NCBI GenBank assembly: GCA_047633475.1 | Contig: JBLIEY010000001.1 | Span: 2,257 to 66,256 of the forward strand | Reading direction: 5' to 3' | Origin: Sulfurimonas sp. | GTDB taxonomy: Bacteria; Campylobacterota; Campylobacteria; Campylobacterales; Sulfurimonadaceae | DNA: 64,000 nucleotides | Part shown: piece after piece, positions 18,894 through 28,320 of the stretch | How positions within the stretch are numbered: the stretch's first letter is position 1 | Layout of the letters: each line of letters opens with the position of its first letter | The notes under the pieces: model-generated | Database searches by the model: none | The model's input: the letters and a program-made list of their open reading frames with translations, nothing else | Told to the model about the DNA's origin: nothing | Made by a program: the position numbers and the translations under genes

Positions 18894-19775
18894 TTATACG
18901 AAATCAACTTTAGATACGTGGTGTTGTAAACCTAGTTCTTGAGATGAAAAGCCAAGTGCAAGACCAATCATTTGTTGCATATGAAGAACAGGAAGTTTAA
19001 CTTCACGACCTATTGCTTCACTCGCAGTTTTTGTTTGTGTGTCAAGTTTTAAGTGACATAATGGACATGGAGTAACCATCCAGTCTGCATTAGCATCCAT
19101 TGCCCCGGCAATTGTATTACCGGTTAAGATAGCTGCAGTCTTTGGAGCTTGAAGTTCCACATGGAAACCACAACACTTATTTTTCTCCTCATACTCAACT
19201 GTATTACCACCACAAGCAATAATCAAGTCATCAAGAGAAGTAGGTCGGTAAGAACTCTCTTTTGTTTTCTTAGATTCATCGTGAAGTTCAGATGGACGAA
19301 TATTGTGACAACCATAAAATGGTGCAATATTAAACTGACTTAAAGGAGTTGTTACCATCTCCGTGATTTTATCAAGTCCAATGTCTTCTATGATTGCATA
19401 AAGGAAGTGAATGATTTTAGACGTACCTTTGTACTCTAATCCAACTTCTGCAAGTTTTTCATTTACTTTAGCTTTTAGTTCTGGGCTATTATCAAGACGA
19501 TGTTTTGTCATAGCTGTATTTAGTTGACATGTATTACAAATAGTAAGCATTGTTAACTCATGTTTTTCAGCATAAGCAATATTCCTAGCATTTAAAACTA
19601 GAGATAAAAAATCATCGTAGTCTTGTAAATGAGAAGCTCCACAACATGAAGCTTCTGTTAGTTCTACTAGTTCTATATTTAATTTCTTAGCTACTGCTAA
19701 AGTTGACATCATCTGTTCTGGCGTACTCTGTTTAGCTGTACAACCAGTAAAAAGTGCATATTTTATTTTTTTCAT
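18894..19775 (-). CDS. sdhE: CCG-domain (HdrB-like) membrane anchor subunit of type-E succinate:quinone oxidoreductase
   Basis: Two CCG domains: FTGC...SCCG...CNTC and YGCH...KCCG...CPLC. Confidence 0.85.
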   Translation of the reverse strand: MKKIKYALFTGCTAKQSTPEQMMSTLAVAKKLNIELVELTEASCCGASHLQDYDDFLSLVLNARNIAYAEKHELTMLTICNTCQLNTAMTKHRLDNSPELKAKVNEKLAEVGLEYKGTSKIIHFLYAIIEDIGLDKITEMVTTPLSQFNIAPFYGCHNIRPSELHDESKKTKESSYRPTSLDDLIIACGGNTVEYEEKNKCCGFHVELQAPKTAAILTGNTIAGAMDANADWMVTPCPLCHLKLDTQTKTASEAIGREVKLPVLHMQQMIGLALGFSSQELGLQHHVSKVDFV

Positions 19776-19784
19776 ATTATATTC

Positions 19785-20765
19785 CTAAAACTTTGCAGTT
19801 GATGATGATTTTATAAGTTTTTGAATTTCATCAAGATTATCAGATACCGTAAGATTCCAAGGCATTACAATTTTACCTTTTCTATACATTTGAAGTGCTA
19901 CAGGAATGTGTTTTAGAATACTAGCTCCCTCAGAATAAAGAACGAGTTGACCTTCATCTAGTATTCCTTTCTTATCTATAGAATTTTTAAATCCAACTGC
20001 ATGACGTGTTGCAATATTTGAAGTTGCAACCCCTTTTTTAAAAAGCTTCTGATGAAGTTTAGTTATTTTTTCAATAGGATTAACATTTTTAGGACACACC
20101 TCTGCACATTCAAAACATTTTACACAGTCCCAAAGACCTTGTTTTTCTTCATGTAAGTGGAGAAGTCTCTCTGTATGTGCTTCATCACGAACATCAGCTT
20201 CAAAACGAAAAGCTTTAGCAAAAGCTGCAGGACCAAAGAAAGATTCGTTGATTTCTACAACAGGACAAGCATAATGACAAGCGCCGCACTGAATACATAA
20301 ATCTGCTTCATGAAGCTCATCGGCTTGTTCTGGGGTTACAATGTGCTCATGTTCTGGGTGTTCATTAACATCAGAGATAAGATATGGATGTATAGCATCA
20401 TGCTTATACCAAAAATCATCAGTATCTATAATCATATCTTTAACCGCTCTCTTAATACTTAGTGGTTCAATAGTAAGTTCATCACCAAAAAGTTCTGTCA
20501 TGTCATTTATATTCTCTTTACAAGCAAGAGTTGCTCGACCATTCACTTTAATTGCACAAGCTCCACAAATTCCGTGACGACAACTTCTACGATAAGAAAA
20601 ACTACCGTCTATATCCCATTTAATCCTATCTAATATATCTAAAACTACTTCTCCAGAATTCACTTGCATTCTGTGGTTATCGTAATATGGAAGGTAGTCT
20701 TGGTAAGCATTAAAACGAAATACTTTGAAATTTACTTTTTTTGTAGTTATTTTGCCTTTATTCAT
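19785..20765 (-). CDS. sdhB: Succinate dehydrogenase/fumarate reductase Fe-S subunit
   Basis: SCRHGICGAC [2Fe-2S] motif, plus CIQCGACHYAC and CVKCFECAEVC. Confidence 0.92.
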   Translation of the reverse strand: MNKGKITTKKVNFKVFRFNAYQDYLPYYDNHRMQVNSGEVVLDILDRIKWDIDGSFSYRRSCRHGICGACAIKVNGRATLACKENINDMTELFGDELTIEPLSIKRAVKDMIIDTDDFWYKHDAIHPYLISDVNEHPEHEHIVTPEQADELHEADLCIQCGACHYACPVVEINESFFGPAAFAKAFRFEADVRDEAHTERLLHLHEEKQGLWDCVKCFECAEVCPKNVNPIEKITKLHQKLFKKGVATSNIATRHAVGFKNSIDKKGILDEGQLVLYSEGASILKHIPVALQMYRKGKIVMPWNLTVSDNLDEIQKLIKSSSTAKF

Positions 20766-20774
20766 AAGTACTCC

Positions 20775-22487
20775 TTAGTATGCTCTGGGCTTTAATTCAT
20801 GTTTACCAAGTTTAACATCCATATAATCAAGAGTTATATCACCATTTTTATCCATGTAAGCCATAGTGTGTTTTAAGAAATTTTCATCATCACGACTTTC
20901 AAAATCTTCTCTATAATGAGCACCACGGCTTTCATTTCTAGCAACAGCACTTTGGACAATAAATGCACAATAGTCAAGCATATGACCAAATTCTATTGCT
21001 TCTTGAAGTTCAGTGTTAAATATTTTGGACTTGTCTTTTATACGGATATCTTTAAATCTAGTATGAAGTTCTTTAATCTTTGCTATTGCAATATCTAGTG
21101 ATTGTTTAGTTCTAAATGCACCAGCATTATCTGTCATACACTGCTGAAGTTCATTTCTAAGTTCTGGTACAGTTTCTCTACCATTGTTGGTTATAATAGA
21201 GTTGATTTCATCTAAAGCAGTTTTTGCATCTTCTTGTGTTGCTTCACGAAGTTTTATGCTGTCAATCTCTTGAACTATAGTTTTACCAACAAAGCGACCA
21301 AAAAGTAAAGCTTCTAAAACTGAGTTTGCACCAAGTCTATTCGCACCATGAACTGATACACATGAACATTCACCAGCGGCATAAAAACCTTCTACTGTTT
21401 CATTATTGTTCTTACGAACATTACCAGCTATATTTACTGGAATACCACCCATAGAATAGTGAGCTGTTGCGGAGATTAAAATAGGTTCTTTTATCATATC
21501 AAGACCTAAAAATGTAATAGCTAAATCACGTAATTCAGGAAGTTTTTTCATGATAAGATCTTTTCCTAGATGAGTTACATCAATGTAAACTGCATCTTTT
21601 TTGGGACCAACACCTCTACCTTCTCTAATCTCATTTAAAATTGCACGGCTAACAATATCACGAGAGGCAAGTTCCATTGCATGTGGAGCATATTTACTCA
21701 TAAATCTTTCACCATTGGAGTTTAAAAGATATCCTCCTTCCCCACGAGCAGCTTCAGAAATCAAAACACCATTACCTGAAAGACCTGACGGGTGAAACTG
21801 TACAAATTCCATATCTTCTAATGGCAGTCCATGGCGAGCAACTATAGATAGACCATCACCAGTATTCGCATGTGCATTTGAGTTAATTTTGTATGAACGA
21901 GCGTATCCACCTGTAGCAAACATTACTGATTTTGCGTTAAATATAGCAATTTGCATATCCCGAATGTTAAATGCAACAATACCGCTAACTTTTCCATCTT
22001 TGTAAATTAAATCTGCTGCATACCATTCATCCCAAAATTTTACACCTGAACGGTGTGCTTGCTCATAAATAGTTTGAAGTAAAGTCAATCCTGTTCTATC
22101 TTTGGCATAACATGCTCGAGCAGATGATTGACCACCAAAAGGTCTTTGAGCAATATTTCCTTGGGGAGTTCTACTAAAAGCTGCACCCATTCTTTCTATC
22201 CAACGAATAGTTTCTGGAGCTTTTTGACACATGTACTCAACAGCATCTTGATCAGCTAAATAATCAGACCCTTTTACTGTATCTAATTCATGTAATTCAA
22301 CGCTATCTTCATCACTAAGTGCCGCATTAATACCACCTTGAGCTGCTCCAGAGTGACTTCTCAGAGGATGCAATTTTGTTATAACTGCAACTTTTTTGTT
22401 TGCCCTTTGTAGCTCTCTTGCTGCGGCACAGCCTGCTAAACCTGCACCGACAATTATCGCATCGTAAGTATATATAGGAATACTCAT
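20775..22487 (-). CDS. sdhA: Succinate dehydrogenase/fumarate reductase flavoprotein subunit
   Basis: [16 protein letters not shown] (covalent FAD His), QFHP, HYSMGG and [10 protein letters not shown]. The start is reassigned to ATG 22487 behind the AAGGAAAG RBS. Confidence 0.95.
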   Translation of the reverse strand: MSIPIYTYDAIIVGAGLAGCAAARELQRANKKVAVITKLHPLRSHSGAAQGGINAALSDEDSVELHELDTVKGSDYLADQDAVEYMCQKAPETIRWIERMGAAFSRTPQGNIAQRPFGGQSSARACYAKDRTGLTLLQTIYEQAHRSGVKFWDEWYAADLIYKDGKVSGIVAFNIRDMQIAIFNAKSVMFATGGYARSYKINSNAHANTGDGLSIVARHGLPLEDMEFVQFHPSGLSGNGVLISEAARGEGGYLLNSNGERFMSKYAPHAMELASRDIVSRAILNEIREGRGVGPKKDAVYIDVTHLGKDLIMKKLPELRDLAITFLGLDMIKEPILISATAHYSMGGIPVNIAGNVRKNNNETVEGFYAAGECSCVSVHGANRLGANSVLEALLFGRFVGKTIVQEIDSIKLREATQEDAKTALDEINSIITNNGRETVPELRNELQQCMTDNAGAFRTKQSLDIAIAKIKELHTRFKDIRIKDKSKIFNTELQEAIEFGHMLDYCAFIVQSAVARNESRGAHYREDFESRDDENFLKHTMAYMDKNGDITLDYMDVKLGKHELKPRAY

Positions 22488-22642
22488 TAGCTTTCCTTTA
22501 TTCAAAATAATGTGGATTATAACGCGAGAAGCCTTTGCCAATGTTAAACATTAGTCTTCTAATAGTGAAGTTACTATTTATTTCGATTTATTAAGTAAAT
22601 AATTCAAAAGTCTTAATATTATAATCTTTAGTAAGAAAATTT

Positions 22643-23848
22643 TTATAAATCTTGTTCTGCAAGATCCATAGTTTGAGAAATTGAGTTTGTACCTTTTTCC
22701 TTTGAATGTTGTAAAACTTCTTTGGCTCGTCTTATAGATTCCTCTAATGATTGATTATTTGGTTTGATTATAAAACCACCACTTACTGTAATTATTATTA
22801 TATTTCCGGTTGGTGCTTTAAATTTTATTTCAGAGATACTTTGACGGATAATATCAATATCTTTAAAGGACTGTTCCTTAGACGTTCTTGATAATATTAT
22901 AGTAAACTGATTGTAGTCAGTTCTAGCTATTACATCCGTTGCTTGCTCATGAAGAGAAATAGTAAAAGCAACTTTTTTCAATATGGCTTGAGTAAATTCT
23001 TGTGAAAAAGCTCTTTTTTGTTTTGAAAAATTATCTATTTCCAAAATAGTAACTGAAGTAAAATTGCTATCTTTAATCCCTCTCTTCTGACTATATGAGC
23101 TCATCATCCCTTTATGATTGTTTATTTGTGTAACTGGGTCAAGCATTGCTGGATTGTCTGTTACTACCGGTTTTCTATTCATTCTTAGTTTTATAGCATC
23201 TACTTCTTCTGAAAAAATTTCATAGTTCTTTTTGTCTTTGTCTATTGCATATAGATACAAGATGTCTGAATATATAGCTTTAAACCTTTTTCTATACCAA
23301 AAGGTAGTTAATACAGTAAATAAAAGTAGCAAATAAGTTGTCTTTTTCAATAAGTTGAACTCTTCTTCGTTATAAGTTATATTTTTCAATATCATAGAAT
23401 CTAGGTGAGTTTTAACGGAGTAAAAAGTGTTTTTTAACTCTTTAGTTTTTTGTTCTACATTTTTAAGGTTTTTTATATAGTATTCGTGTGCTAATGAGTT
23501 GAACTTAGTAGTTAGTTTTGATAATTTATCTACATCTGATAAATATTCATCAGAATTTTTAAGTAGGTATTTGCTAGTGAAATGGTACTTGTCTAGCATA
23601 CGCAGTTTCTGCATTTCATGTTCGAGTTGAGTACTCTTACCATTAAATTGTATAAGAGCTAATTCTATGTCAGTTTGTTTTAGATTTGCTAGACTATTAA
23701 CGATTACTTGTTGGTTTTTTAAATTATCAATTTTTGAATATGAAATGTCTTGTTCAAAAAGAAGAAAAACAACAACAAATCCAAAAAAAGAGATAACTAA
23801 TAAATACTTCGATAGATTATTAAATATTTTATTTATAGAGTGTTTCAA
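22643..23848 (-). CDS. Membrane-anchored degenerate GGDEF-domain protein
   Basis: Two TM helices around a periplasmic region; LDPVTQINN and EIDNF present; RTDYNQF replaces RxGGEEF. Confidence 0.8.
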   Translation of the reverse strand: MKHSINKIFNNLSKYLLVISFFGFVVVFLLFEQDISYSKIDNLKNQQVIVNSLANLKQTDIELALIQFNGKSTQLEHEMQKLRMLDKYHFTSKYLLKNSDEYLSDVDKLSKLTTKFNSLAHEYYIKNLKNVEQKTKELKNTFYSVKTHLDSMILKNITYNEEEFNLLKKTTYLLLLFTVLTTFWYRKRFKAIYSDILYLYAIDKDKKNYEIFSEEVDAIKLRMNRKPVVTDNPAMLDPVTQINNHKGMMSSYSQKRGIKDSNFTSVTILEIDNFSKQKRAFSQEFTQAILKKVAFTISLHEQATDVIARTDYNQFTIILSRTSKEQSFKDIDIIRQSISEIKFKAPTGNIIIITVSGGFIIKPNNQSLEESIRRAKEVLQHSKEKGTNSISQTMDLAEQDL

Positions 23849-23939
23849 TTTATTTTTCCTAATAATGATATAATTACATACATTTTATATTTATAGCCTT
23901 TAATATATACTTAAAGGGAACTAAAAGAAGTTAATTTTA

Positions 23940-24755
23940 ATGAAAGAAAATTATTTTATATCTCAGTTTACTAGTTCACATATAGGGGACGATGGTGCTT
24001 TGATAGGTGAATATGTTTATTCTAAAGATGCATTTTTTGAAAATGTACATTTTAAAACTAAATGGATAAACCACTACCAAATAGCTTATAAAGCTATGAT
24101 AATTAATATTTCAGATGCTATAGCTATGAATGCTAAACCTAAGTATGCTCTCTTAAGTGTGGCAATGCCTAAAAGTATTACAAAGTTAGAGATGCGAGAG
24201 TTAGTTTCTGGATTTGAAGATGCTGCTGCTAAATATGGAGTAGAGATTATTGGTGGAGACACTATAAGTAATACTAAATTAGATATTACTATTACTATAG
24301 TTTCTTATACAAGAAAACCTCTCTTTAGAAGTGGACTTAGGCATGGTTATTTATTAGCATACACTGGTAGACTTGGAGCAAGTTTGAAAGATTTGTATAC
24401 TCTTTCAAACCTGGGAAAAATACACAGTAAGTCCAAGTTTGTCAATATAGAGTTAAGAGATAAGTTTATAAATAATAGTAGAAGGTTTTTAAGTTCTGGT
24501 ATGGATATATCTGATGGTCTTTTTAGTGACTTAGATAAGCTTTCGAATGTAAATAAATTAGGTTTTAAATTTTATAAAAAAATCTCAAATAAAATCGCGT
24601 GTAGCGGTGAAGAATATGAGATGTTAATTGCTTTTGATAAAAGGCATAGAAAAGCTGTTATTAGACGAGCAGCACAAGTCAGAACACCGTTGAATATTTT
24701 TGCAAAAAGTGCAAGAGTAAGATACGCATCTAGATGCAAAGCGCATCATTTTTAA
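23940..24755 (+). CDS. thiL: Thiamine-monophosphate kinase
   Basis: IGDDGA, NISDAIAMNA, GGDT, MDISDGL and GEEYE motifs. Confidence 0.9.
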   Translation: MKENYFISQFTSSHIGDDGALIGEYVYSKDAFFENVHFKTKWINHYQIAYKAMIINISDAIAMNAKPKYALLSVAMPKSITKLEMRELVSGFEDAAAKYGVEIIGGDTISNTKLDITITIVSYTRKPLFRSGLRHGYLLAYTGRLGASLKDLYTLSNLGKIHSKSKFVNIELRDKFINNSRRFLSSGMDISDGLFSDLDKLSNVNKLGFKFYKKISNKIACSGEEYEMLIAFDKRHRKAVIRRAAQVRTPLNIFAKSARVRYASRCKAHHF

Positions 24756-24764
24756 AGGTAATAT

Positions 24765-25841
24765 ATGGATAGATTTTATTCGTTAGATCATTCTAGCATT
24801 GATTTTCATTTTAAGCAGAGTCCAAGAGATTTTGTTGTTGAAGAGATTCCTCTTTATGAGTTTTCAGGAGAGGGTGAGCATCTAGTTCTTTTTGTAAGAA
24901 AAAAGAGTCTTACTACTCCTGAATTAGTAGGTATATTTGCAAGATATCTTGGCATCCAAAATAAAGAGATAGGTTATGCAGGTCTAAAAGACAAGCATGC
25001 TATGACAAAACAATATATATCTTTACATAAAAAGCACGAAGAGATGCTAGATAACTTTGAGCATGAAAATGTCAAAATTATATCAAAAACTTACCATAAT
25101 AATAAAATAAGAATAGGACATTTAAAAGGTAATAGGTTTTATATTAAAGTTAAAAAGGTAAATCCTACTAGTGCTCAAAAAATAGATGAAGCACTTAAAA
25201 ATATAACTAAATTTGGTATACCTAACTTCTTTGGTTATCAAAGATTTGGAAATGATGGAGACAACCATATTATAGGTGAAAAAATTGCTAAAGGTGAAGC
25301 TAGAGAGCGAAATCCTAGAGTAAAAAAACTTCTTATAAATTCTTATCAAAGTCATTTATTTAACCTATGGCTTAGTAGAAGATTAGAAATTAGTAGACTT
25401 GTAAATAATTTTGAACCGGCAGAACTTGAGCCTATATTAAATATGCCAAATGATGAAGTATCAAAACTAAAAGCTCAAAAACATCCATTTAAGCTTATAG
25501 AAGGTGATGTGATGGAACATTATCCTCATGGTAGATTATTTGATTTTGAAGGCTCAGAGGATGATTTAACTAGGTTTAACGATAGAGGAATCTCTCCAAC
25601 TGGCTTGTTGTGTGGTAAAAAAGTTAAAATATCATCAGGCATAGCTAGAGGTATAGAAAAAGATTTCGATGATGAGATAAATGCAGATGGTGCTAGACGC
25701 TATGCATGGGTATTTCCAGAGGATGTTGAAGGTAGGTTTAAACCAGTTGAAGCTCATTATGAAATGAACTTTACTCTTCCAAAAGGCTCATATGCAACAG
25801 TTCTAATAGAAGAGATAGCAAAAAGAAAAATTAACGAATAA
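24765..25841 (+). CDS. truD: tRNA pseudouridine(13) synthase
   Basis: DFVVEE, GYAGLKDKHA, PNFFGYQRFG and LPKGSYAT motifs. Confidence 0.95.
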   Translation: MDRFYSLDHSSIDFHFKQSPRDFVVEEIPLYEFSGEGEHLVLFVRKKSLTTPELVGIFARYLGIQNKEIGYAGLKDKHAMTKQYISLHKKHEEMLDNFEHENVKIISKTYHNNKIRIGHLKGNRFYIKVKKVNPTSAQKIDEALKNITKFGIPNFFGYQRFGNDGDNHIIGEKIAKGEARERNPRVKKLLINSYQSHLFNLWLSRRLEISRLVNNFEPAELEPILNMPNDEVSKLKAQKHPFKLIEGDVMEHYPHGRLFDFEGSEDDLTRFNDRGISPTGLLCGKKVKISSGIARGIEKDFDDEINADGARRYAWVFPEDVEGRFKPVEAHYEMNFTLPKGSYATVLIEEIAKRKINE

Positions 25842-25850
25842 GAGGTACAA

Positions 25851-26669
25851 ATGAGTAAACATATAACATCAGCAATTTCACAAAACTTTGGAAAATTTGC
25901 AAACAAAGAATTTCCTAAATGGTTTCAAAAAATTGTAAACAGCTCTTATGTTGGTTTAATGGGACTTGATATGAGTGAATTCCAATCACCTAGTACATAT
26001 AAAAGTCTTAATGCTCTTTTTACAAGAAAACTCAATGAAGATAGAGTTTTTTCTTTAGAAGCAGATGATTTTATCTCTCCATGTGACTCTTTGATTTCTG
26101 ATTGTGGTAAGTTAACAAAAGACTACGCCCTTCAAATTAAAGGTATGAAGTATTCTAGTGATGAACTTTTAGGTGAAAATTTTAGTTCAGATGAAAAAAA
26201 ATCCATTCATAATGGAGAATTTATAAACTTTTATCTGTCTCCAAAAGATTATCATCGTTACCACATTCCAACTAAGTTGAAGGTCATAAGAGCTGTACAT
26301 ATTCCAGGTAAATTATATCCTGTAAATTTACCATCACTTAAAAAAAGAGTAAATCTTTTTATTGAGAATGAAAGAGTCGTTTTGATGTGCGAGAACACCT
26401 CTGGTAAAAGATTTTACATGGTACTTGTAGGCGCTTTAAATGTGGGTGTAATGCAAGTTTCTTTCGAACCTAAAATAAAAACAAATGCAGATGCTACGAC
26501 GCAAAGTGTGTATAAATATGAAGGTCTTTCTTTAAATAAAGGTGATGACTTTGGATGTTTTGAAATGGGTTCTACAATAGTAATATTGGCTGAAAAAGGA
26601 ATGTTAGAGCTTAATGACATTGTTGGTAAAGATGTTAAATATGGAGAAACCATAGCAAAAAATATATAA
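25851..26669 (+). CDS. psd: Phosphatidylserine decarboxylase proenzyme
   Basis: FTRKL, SPCDS, YLSPKDYHRYH, VGALNVG and the FEMGST autocleavage motif. Confidence 0.95.
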   Translation: MSKHITSAISQNFGKFANKEFPKWFQKIVNSSYVGLMGLDMSEFQSPSTYKSLNALFTRKLNEDRVFSLEADDFISPCDSLISDCGKLTKDYALQIKGMKYSSDELLGENFSSDEKKSIHNGEFINFYLSPKDYHRYHIPTKLKVIRAVHIPGKLYPVNLPSLKKRVNLFIENERVVLMCENTSGKRFYMVLVGALNVGVMQVSFEPKIKTNADATTQSVYKYEGLSLNKGDDFGCFEMGSTIVILAEKGMLELNDIVGKDVKYGETIAKNI

Positions 26670-26918
26670 AGAATTATCTTGTACTATGATTGAGACTTAT
26701 TCATTTGTAGTATCAAGTACTTGCAATTTTATAAAAATATTTCCATCCCTTTAAAAAACATCATACTTAGTATCAAAAGTTCTATCACGATAATCAGATA
26801 AACATATTTACCCTCATATCTTATCACATTTTTTAAGTAATTGTTATTTAAAGTTACTTAGTATATTAAGCTTCTTAAAAGAATATAAAAGATAATCTTT
26901 CGTTGTAAATTTTAATCA

Positions 26919-26995
26919 AGTGCCAAGTTTTGGCAAGCATCTTCTCATGCAACCCCCTCCCAACTTCTAATTTAGTGCCAAGTTTTGGCAAACAT
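26919..26995. repeat. Tandem 22-bp direct repeat, each copy containing a TGCCAA-N3-TTGGCA palindrome
   Basis: AGTGCCAAGTTTTGGCAAGCAT at 26919-26940 and AGTGCCAAGTTTTGGCAAACAT at 26974-26995; 1 mismatch, 55-bp period. Confidence 0.9.
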
Positions 26996-27036
26996 GTCCT
27001 CAGTGCATGATATTTTAAATTTTCAAGGACTTATTA

Positions 27037-28107
27037 ATGTTTAAAAAATTCGCTTTTTGGCCGGTTGTGGCTGGAGTAGCATTCGGTGTATTAGCACCTG
27101 TGCTTGTTATGTATGGAAATCCAGGAAATATGGGCATCTGTGCAGCATGCTTTTTACGGGATATTTCTGGTGCACTTGGCTTTCATAATGCAGGTGTTGT
27201 TCAGTACATTCGACCTGAGATTATTGGGTTAATTATTGGTGCTTTTATTTCTTCTCTTTTGTTAAAAGATTTTCGTGCTCGCTCGGGATCCGCTCCTTTA
27301 GCAAGATTTTTCTTAGGTGTATTTGCTATGATTGGTGCATTGGTGTTTCTGGGATGCCCATGGCGAATGTGGCTAAGATTTTCGGCTGGAGATTTTACAT
27401 CACTTGCTGGAATTGCTGGGTTAGTTGTTGGGATTTTAATTGGAGTCTATTTCTTAAAAAAAGGATTTAGTCTAGGTAGAAATCGCCCAACAAGTAAAAT
27501 AGTTGGTTATATTATGCCTTTATTGGCAGTAGTATTTTTTGGTTTATTACTATGGGGAATGTTTGGTGAGAACACACCTGTTAAGTTTTCTACAAAAGGA
27601 CCTGGTTTCATGCACGCTCCTTTGGTGATTTCGTTAGTAATTGGTCTTTTCTTAGGTGCTATTTTCCAAAAAAGTCGTTTTTGTATGGTAGCTGCAGTGA
27701 GAGATACTGTATTACTTAAAGAAACACATATTTTGCAAGGTGTCATAGCGTTAGTATTAGCTGCCTTTGTTACTAATGTATCTTTGGGATTTTTTAATCC
27801 AGGCTTTACTGGTCAACCAATTGCACATAATGACGTAGTGTGGAACTTTTTAGGTATGTTACTCTCCGGTATTGCTCTTACATTTGCAGGTGGATGTCCT
27901 GGACGTCAGCTTATCTTATCTGGTGAAGGTGATGCAGATGCTGGCGTATTTGTTATGGGATTAATAGTTGGTGCTGGTATTGCACATAATTTTGGATTGG
28001 CAAGTTCTCCTGCTGGAATTGGAGCAAATGCACCAGTTGCAGTTTTTGCAGGACTAGCATTTTGTATTTTGCTTGGTTTTATGGCAAAAGAAAATAGAGG
28101 AGTATAA
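27037..28107 (+). CDS. yedE: YedE-family putative selenium/sulfur transporter (selenium-metabolism subtype)
   Basis: Multi-TM, Gly-rich; GNPGNMGICAACFLRD, LGCP, SRFC and GGCPGRQL motifs. Confidence 0.88.
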   Translation: MFKKFAFWPVVAGVAFGVLAPVLVMYGNPGNMGICAACFLRDISGALGFHNAGVVQYIRPEIIGLIIGAFISSLLLKDFRARSGSAPLARFFLGVFAMIGALVFLGCPWRMWLRFSAGDFTSLAGIAGLVVGILIGVYFLKKGFSLGRNRPTSKIVGYIMPLLAVVFFGLLLWGMFGENTPVKFSTKGPGFMHAPLVISLVIGLFLGAIFQKSRFCMVAAVRDTVLLKETHILQGVIALVLAAFVTNVSLGFFNPGFTGQPIAHNDVVWNFLGMLLSGIALTFAGGCPGRQLILSGEGDADAGVFVMGLIVGAGIAHNFGLASSPAGIGANAPVAVFAGLAFCILLGFMAKENRGV

Positions 28108-28108
28108 T

Positions 28109-28318
28109 ATGAAAACAATTGATGTGAGAGGTCTTTCTTGTCCTGCTCCGGTATTAGAATTAAAAAACGTTATAGATAGTGGAGCTTTAGAAATTAAAGT
28201 TATTTCAGATTGCGGAGCATCTGTAGAGAACATTCAACGGTTTGCTGAAAAAATGGGATTTAGCATAGTGATGAATAAACTTGATGAGTACAGCACAGAG
28301 TTTATGTTGTCTAAGTAA
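28109..28318 (+). CDS. TusA/SirA/YedF-family sulfur/selenium carrier (69 aa)
   Basis: IDVRGLSCPAPV signature. The start is reassigned to ATG 28109 behind the GAGGAG RBS. Confidence 0.9.
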   Translation: MKTIDVRGLSCPAPVLELKNVIDSGALEIKVISDCGASVENIQRFAEKMGFSIVMNKLDEYSTEFMLSK

Positions 28319-28320
28319 AA

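Noticed and set aside
26947-26970. Plus-strand uORF MQPPPNF with a polyproline stall motif upstream of yedE
   Set aside because: No Shine-Dalgarno precedes it, and it is most simply a by-product of the C-rich tract.
26919-26995. Possible mini-CRISPR array (palindromic repeat, 33-nt spacer, repeat)
   Set aside because: There are only two 22-bp copies, the sequences after each copy resemble each other instead of being unique spacers, and no cas genes are in the window.
26670-27036. tRNA-Sec or SECIS element next to the selenium-type cluster
   Set aside because: I could not build a cloverleaf or find a UCA anticodon arm, and none of the four genes has an in-frame TGA.
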